DNA of 64,000 bases from an uncultured virus (IMG/VR IMGVR_UViG_3300009605_000001) (lineage: Duplodnaviria > Heunggongvirae > Uroviricota > Caudoviricetes). This document shows, piece by piece, positions 47,901-56,900 of the stretch (position 1 is the first letter of the stretch; each line of letters starts with the position of its first letter). The translations under genes were made by a program, and so were the position numbers. The stretch is taken from the IMG/VR virus record IMGVR_UViG_3300009605_000001. The stretch is one strand, 5' to 3'. Under the pieces are notes generated by a model. The model ran no database searches, was not told the DNA's origin, and worked only from the letters and a program-made list of their open reading frames with translations.

Positions 47901-50900
47901 CCATTATAAGTAACTACCTTGCCTCCCGCTAATAAATGCTGCTTCAACATCTTTAATAAAGCTCTAGCTTCACTTCCGCTTACTGAACGAGTAGGCGAGA
48001 AATGCTTACCCTTTTTAAACCCCACTCTTCCTGCTGCTTCAAGTGTTCTTTCAACACCACCAATACCTACAATACGTTGTTCCAAGTCCATCGTAGTTTC
48101 AATATCAATAGATATAACATTATCTGTATCGTATATCCAATTAGGGTTGCTTTGGATTTCAATAATATTAGCTGCTTCAGCTTCATCTAAACCTAGCGAT
48201 GTTAAGATTTCTACTGCTTTGGTAGGATTATGTTGAGACCACATAGTTCTTTCTGGTGCAGCCCTAGCCATAATATTCATCTCAAGCAAACCTAAACTAG
48301 ATAGTCTCTTCATAGCTGTAGTAATTGGAGAGATTAAAGACTCAATAAAGAAGGGTAATGCATTAGGTCTAAGTCCAGCATCTGGTCTATAATAATTAAT
48401 CCAGTCTACAACTCTAGGTTTAATATTACCAGATGAACGAGAACCATCAACAAGCATATGAGCAACGGTGTGTCCTGATTCAACACGATCTACTATAATC
48501 TCCATTGCTTCACTTAAGACTCTTTCTCTGTTCATCTTTTCAGTTTCACTGTAGCCGAAGTAATCAGCCATCTCTTCAGCATCAGATCGAACTAACTCAG
48601 GCTTACCTTCGGCATTAGATCGATAGCGACCTGTTGGCTTGTTGGTACGCATCGCGGTTTCTATTCTTTCGATAAAAGGATAGTTCTTATGTGACGAAAG
48701 CATCAGTAAAGCACCCATTGGTGTAATACCGAGTTTCATGTTTGTTCCGATTACCGTTCTTGGAACTCTCATAAGCATAGTAAAGGGGCCACCCATAGGA
48801 TTACGTAAAATCATTTTATCAGTACGTTCATCCTTCGTTGGCTGCTGCTGTATTAACTTAACAAGGTCATTTCTACCCTCAACACTCTCTACAATAAAAT
48901 CAAAGGAGAATACAGGATCATTTGCTAGTACAGCTTTCTCTCTAGCTACATTAATAATAGCTTCTCTGTGATCTGGAGGAATAGCGTTAAAGGATTGTAT
49001 ATCTCTTTGATTAGCAATAACTCTTAATTGTTTCTTTAGTGCGGGCTCCTTAACAATACCTATATATGTTTCTATAGCTTCAGATATATACCCATCCCAC
49101 AGTACTCCTACAAGAAACTCCAACTCATCCACAGACTGAACAAGTAAGGGATGTATGGCCGTCTCTTCTAGTTTAATTGTTTCGCCCGGATTAACCCCCT
49201 CTTCAATTATAAAGTGCTCTGTAGGAACTAAGCTTTTTTTCAAAGCTTTGTGAATAAGGGTTGGTCCGGATAAGACAGAGAATGGATTATTCTCCGAATA
49301 TGGACTTGTCAGGATATCATATAGCGTTCTATCTGCTAAGTCTGGATTTAAAATACCAATTTCATGTCCCTTAGTTTCCATAAGTAAGGAAGACATCTCT
49401 TTGTATCTAATATCCCGAGATAATTGGAACAGCGCGTGGAATCCTTCGAGGTATGTATTACGGGCTTGTAGTAGTTTCTCTTCGTTAGTTAGTCCTTTAT
49501 CTCCATAGCGTACAGCAGAAATGATCTGGTCCATTTCATGTTCAAGTTTTTGATCAAACCTATATACTAAATACAAGTACGGTACCATTTCTGGATCAAG
49601 CATCTCTGCCTCAAAGCCACGTTCTATTGCCCACTTACTCATCTTCATCTCAACAACATTAGCTACCATCTCAGGTGCATTAGCATCTAATCCCATAAGA
49701 TAGTCTAGATAATCAGACTTAACATCTGGACCCATTGGAAGAGTTTCTCTATTCCAAGGTTTCTCGAATCCTCTACTAGTTACTGGAATTAAGTGATCAG
49801 GGTTTTCTAAGGGTTGGTCTAACATAGCCGATACTTCTTCAATAGGACTCATCATCTCTCGTTCAGCGGCATGATAAGCTTTATTCTGAAGGTATAGGTT
49901 GCCCTTATTGTGATAAGGCATTCTCCTAGTTTCAGGAGCCCAAGACATGTATCCCCTTGGTTTGTCTGTAGACTCGAATACCATATCTTCTGTATCGTGT
50001 CGTAGTTCTGTCATTGTATGTTCTGCGGACCCTCTGAAGGTCATAGGATGTCCTGCGACTGGGACCAGTAAACCTATACCCTTAGAGAAATAATCTATGC
50101 TTGCTTGGTTTCGAGAACCATCAGCATTCCTAACACTATCTTGTTGTAGTCTTTGCGCATTAGTATGATCTATAGCAGCTTCTTGAGAATGCTCCCACCA
50201 CTGACTCAATACTTCGGCTTCGAGTTCATCCATATTATCTTCAGCTTTATATTTTGACAGAGGCGGCTTCTCGGGTTCTGTAACTCTAAGAAGCATTTCA
50301 TTTCTCATCATAAGAACAGCAATAGTATGATCCATTCTCTTGTGCCACTCCGCTACTTCAGCGTCATTATCAAAATCAACCATTCTCATTATGGGGTTGC
50401 CATATTTATCTAACCTTACCTTCCCATTTTTATCCCTAACCGGAATCTTTTGATGAGGATTATCTTCCATTCTCCACTGACCCAACGGAGATTCGCCTTC
50501 TACGTCTACAAATACTTGCTTACCGTTTACATATTCGTAGGGATTTTCAGACCACTCCATGATCTTTCTACCAATCTTAGCAGGGTTATCCCAATCTTCA
50601 TCTCTAATCTCTTCTGCTACGAAACTTTTAAACGCATCTTGATTAGTTTGGATTCTAGCAAACATCGTGTTGTGATGGTGTCTATTCATATTAGAACTTG
50701 CAGAATAGGTTCTATAACTCTCAAGACCGGGTAAGAAGATTTGATACAGAATAAAGTTCTGAATTCCAAGAAGATCTTCTTCATTAAATCTCTGGTGATT
50801 AGTTGCTGCTTGTGCCTTTAATACATCTACAGCAACTCTGAACCCCGTAGAGTTTACTGTATTTAATGCTCTGAATAATTGATTATGTTTCCAGTGCATA

Positions 50901-53900
50901 CCCTTTGGTTGCAGTAATTGGCCAACCTCTTCCCTTTCAGCTAAAGTTAGCTTTCCTCCTTCTCCCGACTTTGCCCTAGCATCTGCTTTCCTAATGATTG
51001 CGTCAGCTTTCATCAACCTACTATTCTTATACTTCTCCTTAAATGCTTCTACAGTCATCTGAACTCTTTCGCCATCCGGTCCTATCATCATCTCACGCTT
51101 AGCTAACATAGCAATATTTAGATCCAGTTGTCGGCGTAAATAATCTCTTTTCATAGCGGGGTTATTTTGATCTGTTTTCTTAATCTCCTTGTTCCGCATA
51201 CTCTTTACAGTTGAAATCCAATCTGTTATATGCCTATCTGTCATGTTTTCGTGCATCGACAGAATTTTTCTTGCTTCTTCCCGAAGACCCTCAATACCCA
51301 AAGCTACATCAATAACAGCAGCGTTCTCACCCGCTATATGGTCAAATATAGAATGTCCAAACAAAGCCATAACATGTGATATACCTTCAGATTGATCCTT
51401 AAAATTAAAACCAAACTCTTGCCTCAGCCTAGTCAGGATACCTACAAACATTGGATCGGTTTGTAGTTCTACCCAGCCTTTCCATCCCATAGTATATAGC
51501 CTACGCATAACTTCTGGTTTCCAGAATTCACGCATCAGCTTCATCTTCCTAACCATATCAGGATCAGAGCCTTCATTACTAACGTAATCAGTATACTTAG
51601 TATGATCATCGATTCCCAACGTAGCTAACTGATCATAAAACGTAACCATTGGAGAGAGAAGTTCGCCATATTCTGGGTGTGCTAAAGCCTTTCTTCTAAC
51701 GGTTTCAGCAAAACCTAAACCAGCTCTGATATAATAATCTTCAGCCTCAATAGACATATTCATTTTATTCCTTAACTCACCCATAGCGGTAATAGCTGCT
51801 TCGCTACCGAGACTTAGAATCTTAGTTACAAATAAACCATTAAACTTCTTATCCAAGTAAGTCTTTGGTGAAAGGATCCTTTTATAGAACTCTGGGTTTT
51901 CCCAATACTTTGGCCCAAACTCTTTATAATGTTCTTTTGCATAGGCTTGTTCTGCTTCGGTAGCCTGTTGAATAACATCATTGGCTAATCCTTCTAAGTG
52001 CATGTTCATGCTTTCTAAAGCAAGTATAGAAGAAATACCACTCATTGGAACAATAGTAGGTAAGCCTGTAGTAAGCTCAGGGTGTATCATTTTAAAAGCT
52101 GCATCACCCTCTGAAGTATAGACTAACCCCGGACCAGCCGCCCAACGAGCATCATGGAGGAAAGCATAAGCAATATTTGCTGTATCTAATAGAACCTCAG
52201 AAAGAATATTCTTAAGTTCTTCTCTAGTAGTAATTCTATCGTTTAGTCTTACATTAATAATAGGAGGCAATAACCTAGCATCTGGTTGAAGACTTCTAGA
52301 AACAGGTCTACCCGGCACAGCACCATCTTTATCTTCTAGATAAGCGTTGTATTCTATAATATCGTTCTCATCAATCTCTTCTGTAAAGATAAACTCTAAT
52401 CGTTTCCTTACAATAGCATCTTCAATCACAAGAGCAACAGCCTCAGGTCGTTCTGGAGCAAAGGAAGTCATGTGTCCCCGTAACATCGGGTGTGTCCGGA
52501 CTGTCTCTCCTTCTTGCGGCTCATCAAAACGATTCTCTTCTTTTCTTTCTGATCTATATTCTGGGGATTTTCGTCTCTTGGTAACTATTTCTTTAGTTTT
52601 TAGTCTGGTTACTAAAGCAAAGTCAACCAGTTCCCAACCAAGCCGTCTTGCTGGTTGCCAGCCCCGAGTACCGTCCCCCATACTAATGATCTCGTCTCTA
52701 GTAATTAGGGTGTGTTCATTATCACCCTCTGCAAGCCTATCAAGAATTATACTAGCTATTCTATCTAGGTCTTTTAAGTCTTCTGGAATCTTAAAGTAAG
52801 CATATATATCTTTCTTCTGTCTTTGAGATTGCATAAAGAGTACTTCTAATTGCTCAACTATACCCTTTCTAACCTCCTCAAGATATTTCATCTCTGCTTC
52901 TGCTCTTGATTCCGGATCATCTAGATCAAAGGTAATTGTTTGGTCAAGATCGGGAGAAAGATTATCTGTTAAATCAATTAGGAAACCATACTGATTAAAC
53001 AAATCATCATCGACTGCTCTCGACGCTTTCATAAGTCTATCGGTAAACGCAATGGCAGTATATAACCCAATCTTAGATTTAGGATCTCTATCATAAACCA
53101 TAACATCTTCTTCTGTAGCCCTAGTTTCAGCATTCTTTGCTATTACTGCCTGATGTGCCGTGTCTCGTTTTTTGATAAAGGTTACTAATCCTTCATCCCC
53201 CTTGAAGTCATGCAACAGACTTTTTAAAAGGTTCTTAGGAAATCCACCTTCCCCTGCTAAAGTAAGGGCTCGAACATCCTGTACAAACCCCCAATCTGTT
53301 AGATCTGGGCTAACGAGAGTCTTCCCTTCAGCTTCAAGGCGGTTATTGATGCCCGAGATATATCTAAATAATCCTAACTGACCTTCTTCTGACTCGAAAG
53401 CCTTAAAGAGTTTGTGTATAATTTGCCTTGCTTCTAGTTCGTTAATACGGCCATCCTGAAGTGCCGTCCTAATTTCTGCAACCCATGAATTAGCTTCGTG
53501 GATTCTCCACTTCTCCCCCTTTTCCTCAATCCTCTGAAGAACCTTTTGAACCTTTGCATCACCTTCTTTCGCTACAAGTCTCCGTCCTCTAATGCGGCGA
53601 ACTAAGTCTGTGAGAGACTCTTTTGAGATTGCTTTAAGATCACCATTAGCTCTCATTATTCTACGAGTAACTAAGGCAATAAGTTTATCTAATCTAACAA
53701 ACAAAGTATCATACTCAAGACTCAAATCTTCCATCGTTCTGTTACTAGGAAACTCCTCGCCTTCTGCATTAACAATAACTTCTCTAAAGACTGCATCATA
53801 GATACCATCTGGGAGACAACTATCAACAACGAAGATTGGAACCAATCCTACTTCAGGATCTAAGGCTCTACCCCACGGTCCTTCAAGTACAGATATTAAT

Positions 53901-56900
53901 TGCGAATGAAACTCTTGAAGTGCCATCAACTCTTCTGCTAATGTAAATGCATACTCTTCAGGAACTATTCCTCTATCTATACTTTCTTTGTTTATCGCGG
54001 TTTTGTTTGCAGCTTCAGTATTAGTTCGATCAATAGCTGGAGCTTCTGTAGCTTGGTTAATCCCCCACTGAGAAGCAGTAATTGGCCTGTTACTTACACG
54101 ACTCCAATTAACATCTTTGAAGTAGTTCCTCTTAATAGACTTTATATATGTCTCTCGTTCTTTAGCAGCCTCTTCAAATATAGCTAATGCTTCTTCCTTA
54201 CTATAAACAATTGGATCCTCATCGCTATCTGCTCTCTCATCTATTTCTTTCTTAACCCTGTCTTTGGTAGCACTTTCAGGTAAGAACGCTCCTAATAAGT
54301 CTTCAGCAGAAATAGTCTCTGTGGTTTCGAGTTTCTTTGTTAATACATGTCTTCGTATTGTTAAAGTCTTTAGTTCTTTATTACGATAATCTAATACTGC
54401 CCTGATTGTTTTCAGCTGATAAGACGCAAAACCATATTTCCTAGCCATATCTAGTTTGTATCTTAAGGATATCTTTTCACGCTTTCTATCTAACCTCTTC
54501 ATATCCTCTTCTAATTTCTCCAATTGTCTATATTCATCTGAAGGTTGAATTACCTTAGTAAATATTTCATTCTGCATTCCAATAAGACCCAAAGCTAATG
54601 CTCTTAAGTCATCAAGCTTAACCCGCCCACTCTTTATACCTTCTAGGAGACTAGCTTTATTTTTTTCATTACTCTTTATAGTTTCCCATGTCTGTACAGC
54701 CTCTTCAAGATCGGCCCATTCTTCAGGAGAAACATCATTCTTATCCATTTCCCCCTTTTGTCTCCACTTTGGGTGTTTCCCTGCTTCTGCTTCTGCCGCA
54801 ATCGTATCAACAAAGGTTTTACTTAAGGTGCCAACTACTAGAGAAAGTTTAGATATCCTTTTACCCTTTTCACCTACATACTTTGTATCAATAGCATCTC
54901 GTATCTCTTTAACCTTTTCAGTTAACTCACCGATCTCCTTCTTTACGTCTCTTAAAGCTTCACTATCGGATTCAACATCCTGCCACGCAGCAATACTTTC
55001 ATCAAACTCGGAGATTAACTCGTCCATTTCAGCAATAAGTTCGTCAAGTTTATTCCTTATTTTTGGATCGGTAGTTCCTTCTCGTTCTTCTTCAAGAGCT
55101 GCCTTAAGGCTTTCAGCTTCCTCTTTCTCTTTTGTTGTTTGGACAACTGCGGATTGTTGCTCTCCTTCTTGTGCTCTAAGACTATCTATCCTAGCGTTTA
55201 CAAGACCCTCCCCCTCAAGATCTTTCTTTCGCCATGCTTCCTCTTCTTCAGTTAGTTTTTTGTCGGCAATAATCTTCTTAGCAATACGATCAGAAATCTC
55301 CCAGTCAGTCTCTGGAACCTTATCAGTTACCTCCTTGATCTCAGCATCAATCTTTTTAATAGCTACAGTAAGTTGCCTAACTGTTTCCTTCTTACTTGCA
55401 AAATCTTCAAGTTCAAACAACTCTTCTACCGTAGTAACTTTTTCTCTGTCTATCTCAACTTTTTCCATACCCTTTTTTCTCTTGTGAGATATTTTACCAG
55501 TCTTAGAGTGCTTCCAATAAAAACCCATACGAAATATTTCACCAGCAAAGGATTCTACTATACCGGTAATTTGTGCTTGTATCTTACCCTTCCTCTCAAC
55601 TTTATCTTGTATCCCCGCCATTGCCTTTTCTCGTTCAGCTTGAGCTACTCCAGCCTCCTTTAGTCTCTTGGCTCTTTTTCTCGCCGCCCTCATTAGGCTA
55701 ACCTTACGTCTAAGTGTAGACGGTTTTTTTGGAGCTAGCTGTGGTGACTCCTTTATCTGTTTTTTAATAATACGGTCTACTGCTTCTTTATGCTCATTAT
55801 ATATCTTCTCTTCTTCCTTAGTTAATGTCACATCACCTCTTTTTTTAATAGCAATATCAACTAAGACAGAATCTTCCTCCTCCTCCTTCGCTTGAATTAA
55901 AGAGTCAACATCTTCAGCCTTTTGTTTAAGTCTTTCTAACTCTGTTGTATTAGCCTCTAAAGAAAGTTTAAGTTTCTCTTCCTTTTCTCTAAATTTTTCC
56001 TCAACCTCAACCTCAATATCATGAACTACTTTAAGCTTTTCTGCAGCTGTGGCTGTATCAAAATTAAGTCCTTCTTTATCCATCCTCACACGAACCATAC
56101 TCTCTACATTATCATCAACATATATTTCCCAAAGATCTTCATCAGAAATTTCATCTGTTTGATTAAGCCACTCCTCTGGGGTAAAGTTAGTTCCGTTTTC
56201 CTCATTCAACTTACGTACATATCTTGCCACCCGAAGCCTAGTTTTTGCTATAGCTGTACGTTCTCCTAGTTGTTTAGCTAAAGTCTGGGCTTCTGGTCCT
56301 CCTAATCTTTGAATTAGTCTATTAGCAATCTCATCTAGAAGTACATCATCAGATATCTTCTCCCCATCCAAATCATTTTTAATTTCTTCTAACAGACTAA
56401 GAATACTGGTTACATCATCATATGTATTAACCCCGTCTCTGATCTGCCAAGGATCAAGAACAAAACCAAGAGGTCCATCCATTAAATCATTTAAGTCAAT
56501 ATCTCCACCTTCTTGTCGAATAGAGTTTAAGGAATCAACGACTGAATCACCTAACTCATAATGCTCTATAGCTGCTAAGATAGGATTATCACTACCCCTT
56601 GCGGCTGCCTTCCAAGCTTCTGTAATACTAGACCTAAGTCTAGCACCAAGTGGAAGACTCATAATACCTTGACCAATTATACCACCAGCTGCTGAAAGAG
56701 GAGCGTTTACTGTATACTTCATAGCTGTTCCAAGGATTGGGTTTGCTACGACAGAGAACACAGCCTCCATCTTTGCTTCAGCCCAGATACCACCTAAATC
56801 ATACTCATCAATAAACCCTCTTTTAATTTTCAAAGTTTGGTTTATACCTTCAGCTAAAGCACCCTCAACGAAACCCTCTCCTGCATTAAGAGGAGAACTA

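Noticed and set aside
54828..55487. 219-aa plus-strand ORF and the many other plus-strand ORFs in the track
   Set aside because: They are antisense shadows of long minus-strand genes (Ser/Leu/Phe-rich mirrors of Glu/Lys codons), with no RBS or recognisable motifs
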